NCBI GenBank assembly: GCA_050011255.1
Contig: JBEKJK010000012.1
Span: 4,007 to 68,006, forward strand
DNA length: 64,000 bases
Direction: 5' to 3'
Source: Acidimicrobiales bacterium
GTDB taxonomy: Bacteria > Actinomycetota > Acidimicrobiia > Acidimicrobiales > UBA8190
In this document: positions 1 to 8,697 of the stretch, one piece after another
Layout of the letters: each line of letters begins with the position of its first letter
Numbering within the stretch: position 1 is the stretch's first letter
Position numbers and translations under genes: made by a program
The notes under the pieces: model-generated
What the model saw: the letters and a program-made list of their open reading frames with translations, nothing else
What the model was told of the DNA's origin: nothing
The model's database searches: none

Positions 1-3000
1 GCGAAGTCCCTGACGGTGAAGGGCGCCGTAGAGCGGGCCGAGCACAGCCGCCCCGTGAGTGGCGATCATGCTCTGCGGGTCAGGGCGAAACTCATCGAGC
101 TGTCCCCCCGCGTCGGGCAGCTCCTGGACGTCGAGAACCCCCTCCAGAACCTGGGTGTGTGCGAGGAGCTCCAGGGCGACACCGACCACCGGGTCCACCA
201 AAGAGACCGAGGCGGCCTCCGAGCGCTTCGCTTGCTCTGCGTAGAGGCAGGCGAGCCGCGCGACAGCCAGCTGCTCGAGCGCATAGCGGCGCTCGGGGCG
301 AAGCCCCTTCTTGGTCGCGCTCTCGAACTTCACCGCGGTCATCTCGATCGCCCGAGCGACAGCCAGGTTCCCTTCGGCTCCTACGAGCTCCTCTTCGCTG
401 GCGAGTCCCTGTGCGACCTCCTGGCGAAGCTGCTCGGCGCGCTCGGCCCACAAGAGACTGCGAAGACGCGCGCGCTTTACCCCCTCGGCGCTGTAGGTGT
501 CGCGGCCGCTCGCGTAGCGCGACCACATCGCCCGGTAGGCCGAGCACCCCTCTGGGCCGAGCATCGACGCGAGCTGGCGGGCCTCGGACTGAGAGAGAAG
601 GACCGAAGCGGCCGCGCCCGCCACAGGTTCGTGGTCGAGGCGGGCAGCGAGAGAGAGGAGCAGGCCATAGAGGTAGCTCTGCGGAGAGCTCGTGTCGTGT
701 TCTGCAGCCGGGTGGCCGTCACCTGCCGCACCACCTGGCGAGGCAAGGAAGTTGAAGCTCACCCCGTCGGTGGCGCGCGATGCGGCGACCAAGAAGTCCG
801 AGGCACACAGCGTCTCGGGGCGCAGGATCTGGGTGCGGCCGCAGATGGTGGCGCTTTGGAGCTTCGCGACGGTAAAGGCGTATCCATGCGCGCTGTGGTC
901 GCGCACGTAGCTGTGATCGAGCGCCACCTTGCCGCCGTCCACCGCGACCACCAGGGTCCCAAAGACGTGGTTGTAGTGCTCGACGGTCCCCACCATCCCG
1001 TTCAAGACGCCGCCCACGTCGTTGCCGGAGCGGTCTGTTACGACGTGGCGAGGGTCGTTTTGGGTGAGCACGATCCGGTCGCCTACGCAATACGCGCGCG
1101 CTGGACGGCTCTTGGTGGCCTCGACCTCGACGAGCGGCTTCGCCTCGAGCTCGCCGTGATCGATGAGCGCCCTGCGCGCCAGGTCGTTCAAGGCATCCAC
1201 CTCGGCATTGGACTGGGCCATCATCACCGATCCGGAAAAGGCCGCCCGATCTGTGAGCCAGCCGTCGACCGTCACCTTGAGCAGGTCCTCATATCGCGAC
1301 GCCGCCCGGAAGTGTCCTTGCGAAGCCCAGATCGAAAAAGCCGCCTCACTCTGGCCTCGGCGCACGAGCCCGATCGCCTCGCGCTCGTAGTCGAGGCGCT
1401 GGCGGAGGTTCTTCGACAGCACTGCGGCGGCGTGCTGACGGAGCAAGGTTGCGAACATCCCCCCCGCTTCGATGGAGGAGCGCTGTCGATCGTCGCCGAG
1501 GAGGATGAGCTTGGCCCGGTACTTCTCGGCAAGGAAGACCAGCCGATCGAGGCGCCGGGTGGAGAGCTCCGAGGCCTCGTCGACCAGAATCACGCTGCCG
1601 GGTGCGATCCTCACCCTCCCGTGGTCGTAGAGAGCGAGGAAGTGGTCGACGGTCGAACCGCGCATCCCGGCGGCACGGCCCAACTCGAGTGCCGAGCGTC
1701 CCTTGAACGAGAGCGCGACAACCGGCACACGAAGGCGACGCCAGGCCTCGACACACAATGCCATGGCGCTCGTCTTCCCCGATCCCGGGACCCCGACCCC
1801 GAGGGTGATCCCTCGATCGGAGCAGACGAAGTGGCGCACCAGGTTCGCCTGCTCGGGATTCGGAGGGGCGTTGCGCCCCGAACCGGTCGCCTCATCCAGC
1901 ACGGCGTCTGCGACTTGGACTTCCCGGCGACCGGCGCGCCAAACCCAGGTGGCCGCCGCGACGAGGATGCGGTGCTCGGCCTCCAAGAGCGCTTTCGAGG
2001 TGAAGCGCACACCGAGCGTGCTCGGGACCGTCAGGTCCTCTTCGGAGGCCACCACGAGGCACAGACCCTTTCTCCCCGCACGCCTCGCCACTCGGCCGCT
2101 CTCCTCCACGTAGATGAGCCGGACCAAGCGCTCGTCGTGCTCGATGAGCTCGACCAGCTCGTCGAGCGCCTCGGGGCTCGCCCCCTCTGGCAGGACAGCA
2201 GGCAGCTTCGCGATCAGGTCCTTGCGGTTCCACGACGACATTGAAGAAAGGGCCCCGTCGCCTTCGAGCAGTCGGTCCAAGAGCTCTTTGGCCCGAGCTG
2301 TACTGGGCGGCGGCGAAGAGAACGGCTGGTTGAACATCTGAGCCCACAGCCACTCGTCCACGGCGTGTTTCTCGAGAAGCGGACGCAGCCAACCTCTCAC
2401 GTCCTCGATCTCCGCCGCCTCGTTGCCGGTGGGCTTCTTGGCCCTGGTGTAGACACCGAGCAGACGCCTGAGCCTCGGGGAGATCTCGACGCCTTGTCTC
2501 TCGAGCGCTGCGATGTGGGCCTCGATCGCCCGTCGGCGATGCGAGAAACGCCGGCGGATCCGCTCGGGCATGCCCTCGAGCTCGCTGAGTCCGTTTGGCT
2601 TGGGGGTGCCAAAACGAAGGCCCACCTCGGCGAGCTCGGCTCGAAGGGCGAGCTTGTAAACCGAGCTCGCGGGCTCGACCCAGGCCTTCAGGATGCGGCG
2701 GTCCGTCGCGCCGAGCTGGCCGGAGCGGTCGGCAGCGAGGTTCGGGACGAGCACGTGAGTATGGAGCTGCGGGTCGCCCGCTCGCGAGGTCGAATGCCGA
2801 AAGAGGGCGTAGATGCCCCGGGCCGGCTCGAAGCGGTGCATTTTACCGGGGCGGTGGTGGACGACTACGGCCCCATGCTCCTCGAGCCAGCAAAGCGCCG
2901 CTCGCACGGCAGCCTCGTGCGCCACGATGACCCTCGCACCAAGAGGTTCGCTGGGATGGCCGAACGCGAGCACCGAAACCGACTTCGGGGCAGAGAATGT

Positions 3001-3213
3001 GAACTCCAAGCCGGGGTGGCGGTCTTTTCGCTGCCGTGCCCCTTCTCCGCGAAGAAAGGCTCTGAGCCGCTTTGCGTCGACGGCGCCGCCCTTCTCGACC
3101 CCGAAGGTGTCCTCGGCCCGGGTCCACCAGCTACCTGGATGATCGGTGAGCTCGGCCCATCCCGTGTAGTACGAGAGGTGGTCGGGGTTGATGCGCTTTC
3201 CTCCGCTGAGCAC
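1..3213 (-). CDS. MobF/TrwC-TraA-type conjugative relaxase fused to a RecD-like helicase; 3' end runs off the left window edge
   Basis: Hand translation of the minus strand gives one frame open from GTG at 3213 (MLSGGKRINPDHLSYYTGW...) to base 1. There is no stop in the window, so the ORF track omits it. Relaxase motifs: LEFTFSAPKSVSVL and RHSTSRAGDPQLHTHVLVPN (His triad). Helicase motifs: Walker A GVGVPGSGKTSAM, VILVDEASE, HGYAFTVAKLQS. The plus-strand ORFs 16-2244 and 2365-3279 are antisense shadows. Confidence 0.85.
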   Translation of the reverse strand, partial: MLSGGKRINPDHLSYYTGWAELTDHPGSWWTRAEDTFGVEKGGAVDAKRLRAFLRGEGARQRKDRHPGLEFTFSAPKSVSVLAFGHPSEPLGARVIVAHEAAVRAALCWLEEHGAVVVHHRPGKMHRFEPARGIYALFRHSTSRAGDPQLHTHVLVPNLAADRSGQLGATDRRILKAWVEPASSVYKLALRAELAEVGLRFGTPKPNGLSELEGMPERIRRRFSHRRRAIEAHIAALERQGVEISPRLRRLLGVYTRAKKPTGNEAAEIEDVRGWLRPLLEKHAVDEWLWAQMFNQPFSSPPPSTARAKELLDRLLEGDGALSSMSSWNRKDLIAKLPAVLPEGASPEALDELVELIEHDERLVRLIYVEESGRVARRAGRKGLCLVVASEEDLTVPSTLGVRFTSKALLEAEHRILVAAATWVWRAGRREVQVADAVLDEATGSGRNAPPNPEQANLVRHFVCSDRGITLGVGVPGSGKTSAMALCVEAWRRLRVPVVALSFKGRSALELGRAAGMRGSTVDHFLALYDHGRVRIAPGSVILVDEASELSTRRLDRLVFLAEKYRAKLILLGDDRQRSSIEAGGMFATLLRQHAAAVLSKNLRQRLDYEREAIGLVRRGQSEAAFSIWASQGHFRAASRYEDLLKVTVDGWLTDRAAFSGSVMMAQSNAEVDALNDLARRALIDHGELEAKPLVEVEATKSRPARAYCVGDRIVLTQNDPRHVVTDRSGNDVGGVLNGMVGTVEHYNHVFGTLVVAVDGGKVALDHSYVRDHSAHGYAFTVAKLQSATICGRTQILRPETLCASDFLVAASRATDGVSFNFLASPGGAAGDGHPAAEHDTSSPQSYLYGLLLSLAARLDHEPVAGAAASVLLSQSEARQLASMLGPEGCSAYRAMWSRYASGRDTYSAEGVKRARLRSLLWAERAEQLRQEVAQGLASEEELVGAEGNLAVARAIEMTAVKFESATKKGLRPERRYALEQLAVARLACLYAEQAKRSEAASVSLVDPVVGVALELLAHTQVLEGVLDVQELPDAGGQLDEFRPDPQSMIATHGAAVLGPLYGALHRQGLR

Positions 3214-3547
3214 AAAACCATCCTGAGGCCGTCCTTTCAGATACGTCCGGGGCGTTCTGCATCCAACAGCCCAATCTGAATGGTGTGAAGCAGATGTCGC
3301 GTGGAGTCGATCGTGAGCGAGGCGACTGTGGGAACGATCAGTGCACAGCGGAGGCCCTGGGTTCGGCGCGCGGACGGGCAGGATGGCCGGGACACAGGTC
3401 GGCGCCTGGAGGCCGGCCAGGGCCGAGCCCAGGGGGGGTCCGTTACAAACCGTTCCGAGAAGTCTTAGATCTGCAACAAATCGCGCTGATAGACCCCGGT
3501 CAGTCAATAGAACGTGCCCTATGGCCTCGCCTTTCGAACCGCGCGTC

Positions 3548-4309
3548 CTATGACTTCCAGGGCTGGCGAGCCAGCACGATGCTGCCGACCTGGAGCGCCC
3601 CAGCATCCCGCAAGAACCGTGCGATCTCTCGCAACGTGCTCCCGTCGGTGAACACGTCGTCGAACACCAAGAACCGGCGACCTGTAACGCCATCGGGGGA
3701 GGGGATCCTGAGAGCGTCGCGCAGCTCCGTCTCACAGATTCGGCGGCGCTCTACGAGGGTCTTTCCGACGAGGCTCTCTGTCTCTCGGGACTTCTCGACG
3801 TACGCGGGGTCGAGCTGAAAGGACCACCTCCCTCCAGCTTCGAGATCCGCCTTCTCGAGGATGAGCCTGATGTGGTCCCAGCGACGCCTTGCGCCACGTC
3901 CGGTGTAGGTGGGACTTGGGATAATCGCGTCCCATCCCTCCATGACCCAGGGGTGCTCATCGAGATACCCCACGAGTACGCGCCCGAAGATCGCCGCCCA
4001 GCCCCTCCTGTTGTCGTACTTGTAGAGGTTTATGGCGCTCTGCAGGGAACCGCTTCGCATGGAGATCGCGTAGATGAAGTCGAAGTAGCGCTCATCTGGA
4101 GGCCGGTTGCACCAGTAGTTGCTGCATCTCCCTGACTCGGGGAGTTTCTGGTCGCAGGTCTGGCAGTGCCCCCGTCCGACGAGGTCCATCCCTCGTGATG
4201 CGCACGCGAAGCAGACAGCCGCTGATCCCACGTCCCGGTAGGCACACAGGCCGCATCGGCCAAAGCCCTTCGGTTGCGGGTCGAGCCGGTCGAGGTTGAC
4301 AGCGGGCAC
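3548..4309 (-). CDS. ComF/ComFC-type phosphoribosyltransferase with N-terminal zinc ribbon
   Basis: Cys clusters CGLCAYRDVGSAAVCFAC and CQTCDQKLPESGRCSNYWC. C-terminal PRPP-binding loop RRFLVFDDVFTDGSTLREI. Starts 13 nt after the dprA stop on the same strand. Confidence 0.8.
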   Translation of the reverse strand: MPAVNLDRLDPQPKGFGRCGLCAYRDVGSAAVCFACASRGMDLVGRGHCQTCDQKLPESGRCSNYWCNRPPDERYFDFIYAISMRSGSLQSAINLYKYDNRRGWAAIFGRVLVGYLDEHPWVMEGWDAIIPSPTYTGRGARRRWDHIRLILEKADLEAGGRWSFQLDPAYVEKSRETESLVGKTLVERRRICETELRDALRIPSPDGVTGRRFLVFDDVFTDGSTLREIARFLRDAGALQVGSIVLARQPWKS

Positions 4310-4322
4310 GCGCTGACCGAGA

Positions 4323-5270
4323 TCAGCTCAGATCGAAGGCGAGCTGACGGCGCTGGCTCGTAAGGGCCTCCACCTCGTTGACCGAGCGCAGCTGCGCCAT
4401 GACGTCGTCCACGCTCTTCACGACCACGACCCGACGCCCGTGGCGCTTCACGTAGTCCTGAGCCCACTTCTGCTCCATGACCAGTGAGCTCACGAGGAAC
4501 ACCTTCTTGCCGTGCTCGACGGCAAGCCGCGCCTGCATCTTCGCCCCTGATGTTGACGAAGCCTCGATCACCACGGTGCCCTGGCTGATGCCGGAGGTCA
4601 CCACGTTTCTCTTGGGAAAGTTGGACCGGCGTGGCGGAGAGGATGGCCAGAACTGTGAGACGAGCGCCCCCGATCCGGCGATGAGCTCGGCAAGCTCCGC
4701 GTTCTCCTTCGGGTAGCGCCCGAGGATCCCCGTACCCATGACCGCGATCGTGCGACCAGAGGCACCGAGCGCCGCCTCGTGCGCCGCGGCGTCGATCCCT
4801 GCCGCCAGACCCGATACCACCGTGACACCGCGCCCTGCGAGGAGCTTGGCCATCCTGGCCGAACTTCTCCGGCCCTCCGGTGAGGGCTGTCGGGTGCCGA
4901 CCACTCCGACGGACCGGGCGTCGTCGGGAACAAGTGTGCCGAGCACGTAGAGGAACGGAGGGAGGTTCACGATGACGCGCAGGTTGTCCGGATAGTCCTC
5001 GTCCAAGACGGTCAAAAGGCGCGCACCGGCGTCTGTGGCGGCCTGGTGCTCCTGACGAACCCACTCCCGCCGCTCCTCGAGCGTGCCCGCCGCTTCAGAG
5101 AGCAGCCTCCGGGCGTCGTCAGCTGCCCGGCTTGTCTCCAGCACCTCGCCGTCAAGCAGGTGCTTCACGGTGCCTGCGCGCTGTGCTTCGCGCGCCAGCA
5201 GCTCCCAACTGATTCCCGGGACGCGGCAGCTCGCGAGCAGATCGAGTCGTTGATCCGTAAGGTCCATCAT
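4323..5270 (-). CDS. dprA: DprA/Smf-family (SLOG Rossmann) DNA-processing protein
   Basis: GVVGTRQPSPEG...VTVVSGLAAGIDAAAHEAAL...IAVMGTGILGRYPKEN...FPKRNVVTSGISQGTVVIEASSTSGA is the canonical DprA core. Confidence 0.85.
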   Translation of the reverse strand: MMDLTDQRLDLLASCRVPGISWELLAREAQRAGTVKHLLDGEVLETSRAADDARRLLSEAAGTLEERREWVRQEHQAATDAGARLLTVLDEDYPDNLRVIVNLPPFLYVLGTLVPDDARSVGVVGTRQPSPEGRRSSARMAKLLAGRGVTVVSGLAAGIDAAAHEAALGASGRTIAVMGTGILGRYPKENAELAELIAGSGALVSQFWPSSPPRRSNFPKRNVVTSGISQGTVVIEASSTSGAKMQARLAVEHGKKVFLVSSLVMEQKWAQDYVKRHGRRVVVVKSVDDVMAQLRSVNEVEALTSQRRQLAFDLS

Positions 5271-5295
5271 AGCACCTTATCGAACATATGTTCGC

Positions 5296-5451
5296 TCATG
5301 AGGCACGTCTATCACGCAGCCGTGACGCTAGGCGATCCTCCAGCCGCCGTCCCGCCCAACCTGCCTCGCAGAACTCTGCCCACTCCTCGGCGTACTCGCC
5401 TCGCAGGTCCGCTTCCTCTTCGTGTCTCTCGTCGTAGAGGTCGTCGCTCAT
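5296..5451 (-). CDS. Small charged hypothetical protein (acidic N-half, basic C-half)
   Basis: MSDDLYDERHEEEADLRGEYAEEWAEF... with GGGAG 9 nt upstream of the ATG at 5451. Ends 25 nt upstream of dprA. An alternative start is at 5487. Confidence 0.4.
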   Translation of the reverse strand: MSDDLYDERHEEEADLRGEYAEEWAEFCEAGWAGRRLEDRLASRLRDRRAS

Positions 5452-5624
5452 AACGACGTGCTCCCGGCTGCAAGCCCAGGGCGCCAACCAGCCGCTAGGT
5501 AGCGGGGCTCAAGGGCGGCTCGGCCGGCGCGCAAGAGCGCGCAGCCCGCACGACCTCGGAGGGATTCACGAGTTCCGCGTGGCCATGCACCGAACGAGAC
5601 CTACCTGGCGCGATCATCGGTTCT

Positions 5625-6794
5625 ATGGAAGCTCCAACAGTGTCACGTGACCTCCACCCTGACCGCCCTACCGTCTATTTCGATCAGTGGGTGTGGATCA
5701 GGCTGTCTTCCGCCAGAGCCGGACACCCCCGCGAAGTTGGAGACCTCCGAGTGCTTGAAGCGGCAAGACGCGCCAGCGTCGCTGGGGTCGTCTTCCCGCT
5801 TTCATCGACGCACTATGTCGAGACACTGAAAAGGAAGAACCCACTCGACAGAGCTGAGGTGGCTGCGGTCATGGCGGAGATCTCGCACTGCCGGACGCTC
5901 AGGTCGCGGCGTCGTCTCCTCGACAACCAGATGCTTACGGCGATGCACGACCTCTTCGGCCGCCCGACGTTCAGGCCGCCACGGCCGGACGTCCTGGGTG
6001 TTGGAACCCACTGGGCGTTCGTCGGCGACCAACACCAGTTGAACGTTCATGGTCCAGAGGAGGTGCTCGATCAGGCAAGGAGTCTCCTTCCCAGAGACGA
6101 TCTCTGTCGTCTCCAACAGTGGACAGAGACGCGATTTCTTGCCGGGCCTCCCGATGAGCAGATCAAGGTGTTGCGCGAGCGGTACGGGTACCGGCCTGAG
6201 AAGACAGAGGAGATGAGCCGGAGCCGGCTCGAGTGGGAACAACTCCTCGCTGGACTGCTCGCAGAGAACTCAGTTGGGCCCGCTGAGTTGCGGTTCAGGG
6301 TTCGCGCTCGGGAGATGTTCCATGAACACATCGATCGATTGATCGAGCTGTTCGGCGACTACGGGCTCAGATTGAGTCACTTGTTTGGAGATCCAAACCG
6401 ACCGGTCGCCGACAACCGACATCAACTGACCTCCTTCGTCGAAGCGGCCCCGAGTATCCGGCTGGCGGCAGATCTGAAGGCGGAGCTGTTCCGTAACAAG
6501 ACCGGCTGGAAGATCAACCACTTGCACGACGTCGATGCCATGTCGATCGCGGTCCCTTACTGCCACGTCGTCGTCCCCGACAGAGAGATCTTCGATCTGA
6601 TGAGCCGAACGAAGGCAGGCCAGAGCAACAGGACGATCATCGTCCGTCACCTCCTTGACTTGGTCGATGTGCTGGGGACGCTCGAGGAGCGCGCCGAACG
6701 ACTCGGCGGCGATCGGAGTGGCTGGGACTGGCTTGCTCGGGGAATTGGATTTGATCCACAGCCGCCAGAGGCGCTCTGGCCCCGTTCCGCGTAG
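5625..6794 (+). CDS. Hypothetical protein, 389 aa, no family recognised
   Basis: Long ORF with coding-like composition, followed by a perfect hairpin terminator. The N-terminal VYFDQWVWIRL and C-terminal HLHDVDAMSIAVPYCHVVVPDRE acidic patches are weakly PIN-like. Confidence 0.6.
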   Translation: MEAPTVSRDLHPDRPTVYFDQWVWIRLSSARAGHPREVGDLRVLEAARRASVAGVVFPLSSTHYVETLKRKNPLDRAEVAAVMAEISHCRTLRSRRRLLDNQMLTAMHDLFGRPTFRPPRPDVLGVGTHWAFVGDQHQLNVHGPEEVLDQARSLLPRDDLCRLQQWTETRFLAGPPDEQIKVLRERYGYRPEKTEEMSRSRLEWEQLLAGLLAENSVGPAELRFRVRAREMFHEHIDRLIELFGDYGLRLSHLFGDPNRPVADNRHQLTSFVEAAPSIRLAADLKAELFRNKTGWKINHLHDVDAMSIAVPYCHVVVPDREIFDLMSRTKAGQSNRTIIVRHLLDLVDVLGTLEERAERLGGDRSGWDWLARGIGFDPQPPEALWPRSA

Positions 6795-6831
6795 CGATTG
6801 ACCCAGTCCTCAGGCGGGCTGGGTCAATCGC
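6794..6831. terminator. Bidirectional intrinsic terminator hairpin between convergent genes
   Basis: Perfect 13-bp inverted repeat GCGATTGACCCAG / CTGGGTCAATCGC with a 12-nt loop, followed by a T-rich tract (acttcctttt). It overlaps the final base of the TAG stop (6792-6794) and ends 10 nt before the ssb stop. Confidence 0.7.
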
Positions 6832-6840
6832 ACTTCCTTT

Positions 6841-7218
6841 TCAGCCGGAAACCACCGCCGGGCGGTAAGCGGATGTGACCTCGGCGGTCGCGTACTTGAG
6901 GCTGGCGCCGATCTCCTCGGCAACCACCTCGATCCGCTTGCGCCGCTCTCCGACGTCTGTCTCCCAGCTGCGCTGCTCCAGCTTGCCGGTCACTACCACG
7001 CGGCTTCCCTTTACCAGGCTGAGCGCCACGTTCTCAGCCATGTCTCGCCAGCACACCACGTCGAAGAACGACGTTTCCTCCTCGGACTCCTCTCCGCCAC
7101 GGACTTGCCGCCTCTCGTTCACGGCCAAGCCGAAGGTGACCCGGGCGGCGCCGTCTCTCGTGTAGCGGATTTCGGGATCGCCAGTCAGGTTCCCAGACAA
7201 CGTGGTCATGTTGCTCAT
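6841..7218 (-). CDS. ssb: Single-stranded DNA-binding protein, OB-fold only (no acidic C-terminal tail)
   Basis: MSNMTTLSGNLTGDPEIRYTRDGAARVTFGLAVNERR...FFDVVCWRDMAENVALSLVKGSRVVVTGKLEQRSWE. GGAGGA lies 7 nt upstream of the ATG at 7218. The track ORF start at 7314 is an upstream extension. Confidence 0.85.
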   Translation of the reverse strand: MSNMTTLSGNLTGDPEIRYTRDGAARVTFGLAVNERRQVRGGEESEEETSFFDVVCWRDMAENVALSLVKGSRVVVTGKLEQRSWETDVGERRKRIEVVAEEIGASLKYATAEVTSAYRPAVVSG

Positions 7219-7411
7219 GCTCGGTCCTCCTGTTTGTCGGTGGTCCCTGGTGCTCCCGTCACAGCCCTCCTCTCGCAACGCATGGGTAGCAAGGGTCACA
7301 GGCCACGGTGGCATGGCAAAACACAGATGCCGCTCACACGATCGCTTGGGACCTATCGCCGATGTTGGGAGGACGATTTACAGAACACACAGACCGATCA
7401 AAGGGGACAAG

Positions 7412-7603
7412 GTGACGAGCAGCTGGGCCGACCACCTGGCAGACGAGCTAACCGAAGCTGCCGACATGATCGGGGGAATGGAACTGGGCGACGAGACCCA
7501 GACACGGCTTCTGGAGGCGGCCGCCAGAGTGCTCCGGCGCGCGTCGAAGGCACTCGATGCCGAAGAGCGCGACGTGATGCTCTCGCCGATGACGGTCGCG
7601 TGA
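7412..7603 (+). CDS. Small hypothetical protein (63 aa)
   Basis: GTG at 7412 preceded by AGGGGA. The frame has high third-position GC. Product: VTSSWADHLADELTEAADMIGGMELGDETQTRLLEAAARVLRRASKALDAEERDVMLSPMTVA. Confidence 0.4.
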   Translation: MTSSWADHLADELTEAADMIGGMELGDETQTRLLEAAARVLRRASKALDAEERDVMLSPMTVA

Positions 7604-7687
7604 AGAGTCGATACGTCGTGAGCCCGGTCGTCGTGAAAGACATGGAAGGCGGCGATCGGGAACCTCAGACGTGGGTGACTACTGTCC

Positions 7688-8173
7688 TTATGTGGCGACG
7701 GGCCGCCCGTCTTCGAGGTACAGCGCTCCTACGGCTCCGATCGCAGATCGCACACGCCGACGCACTGGGCCACTTAGGAGCTCGATTGCACGATCCATGT
7801 CCTCCAAGCGGTACTCGGAGAGCTCGTCCTCTTGGAGGTCTATGGCACCGAGTGTTTCGTCGCTAAGGGTTCCGCAGTCGAAGAGGAAACGCATGCCGCC
7901 GGGTTTCCCCGGACGAGGGCGGAGGAAGTCGACGCACACGAGCCGCCCCGTATCGACGATGAGGCCCGTCTCTTCTCGCACCTCCCGCCTGCAGGCCTCC
8001 CAGGGGGTCTCGCCGTTGGCTTCCATCTGCCCGCCGGGCACCGTCCATCCGCCCTTGTAGGTGGGTTTGAGCACGAGAAGACGACCAGAGGAATCGAAGA
8101 TCAACGCACCGGCCGAAGCCGGGATCCGAGGGATCTCGAAGGCGGCGTCCGGTAGAGAATGAGTCGGCGTCAC
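7688..8173 (-). CDS. NUDIX hydrolase (Pif-like position on an actinobacterial integrative element)
   Basis: Nudix box GGQMEANGETPWEACRREVREETGL. Confidence 0.85.
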   Translation of the reverse strand: MTPTHSLPDAAFEIPRIPASAGALIFDSSGRLLVLKPTYKGGWTVPGGQMEANGETPWEACRREVREETGLIVDTGRLVCVDFLRPRPGKPGGMRFLFDCGTLSDETLGAIDLQEDELSEYRLEDMDRAIELLSGPVRRRVRSAIGAVGALYLEDGRPVAT

Positions 8174-8697
8174 CCGCCGAGGCTCTCGTTTTGCAATGCC
8201 CGAGTCAAGGACCTGTCTCGAACATGGAGGCTTTCGGGCACCGAGGCTTGCCGTTCGGGCATGTCGTTGAGTTCTCGCTCGATGGAGCGAGTGCCGACAT
8301 CATGTCATCGACCTTGAAGCGGTGTCGTCTAGGCAACCCGGGGAAGCATGAGCAAGGTCGGCGAGGGCCGGTACAGGCTCGTTCCTCCCGAGTAGGGGTC
8401 CGAGCGTCCCTGAACGGCGGGTCGGTATCACTCCGACAGAGTCCAAACTCAGTCGTGGCGTCAACTTCCGCGGTATGCGGCTCCGTCAGAGGGTGACATC
8501 GGCATGCTTGAGATGGGATCATGGGAGACACTCCGATCCCAGCTCCGCCACGCGGCGTACGAGGGCTAGATCGGACTTCAGGATTTGGACCTCGACGTAG
8601 CCAAGGCTCATTTCGACATCTGTCCTCAGGTCCGATCAGGTCTCCAGCGCGAGGATTACCCTGGACATGGGTCTCCGGCGGCGAGAGGAGGTCGCCC

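Noticed and set aside
16-2244. 742-aa plus-strand ORF, the longest in the track for this region.
   Set aside because: The product is Arg/Gly/Leu-rich with no motifs. The opposite strand carries an uninterrupted relaxase-helicase frame with clear motifs. This is a typical high-GC antisense shadow ORF.
2365-3279. 304-aa plus-strand ORF.
   Set aside because: It is antisense to the relaxase N-terminal domain, which carries the HxH triad and SAPKSVS motifs.
4030-5064. 344-aa minus-strand ORF overlapping dprA and the PRTase.
   Set aside because: It is an alternative frame of real genes. The product is Arg/Gly/Pro-rich and non-protein-like.
8191-8496. 101-aa plus-strand ORF (and the 164-aa minus-strand ORF 8205-8699) in the Nudix/TIGR04141 intergenic gap.
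   Set aside because: There is no ribosome-binding site and the composition is non-protein-like (Arg/Ser/Gly/Cys-rich). The region is treated as non-coding and flagged as unexplained instead.
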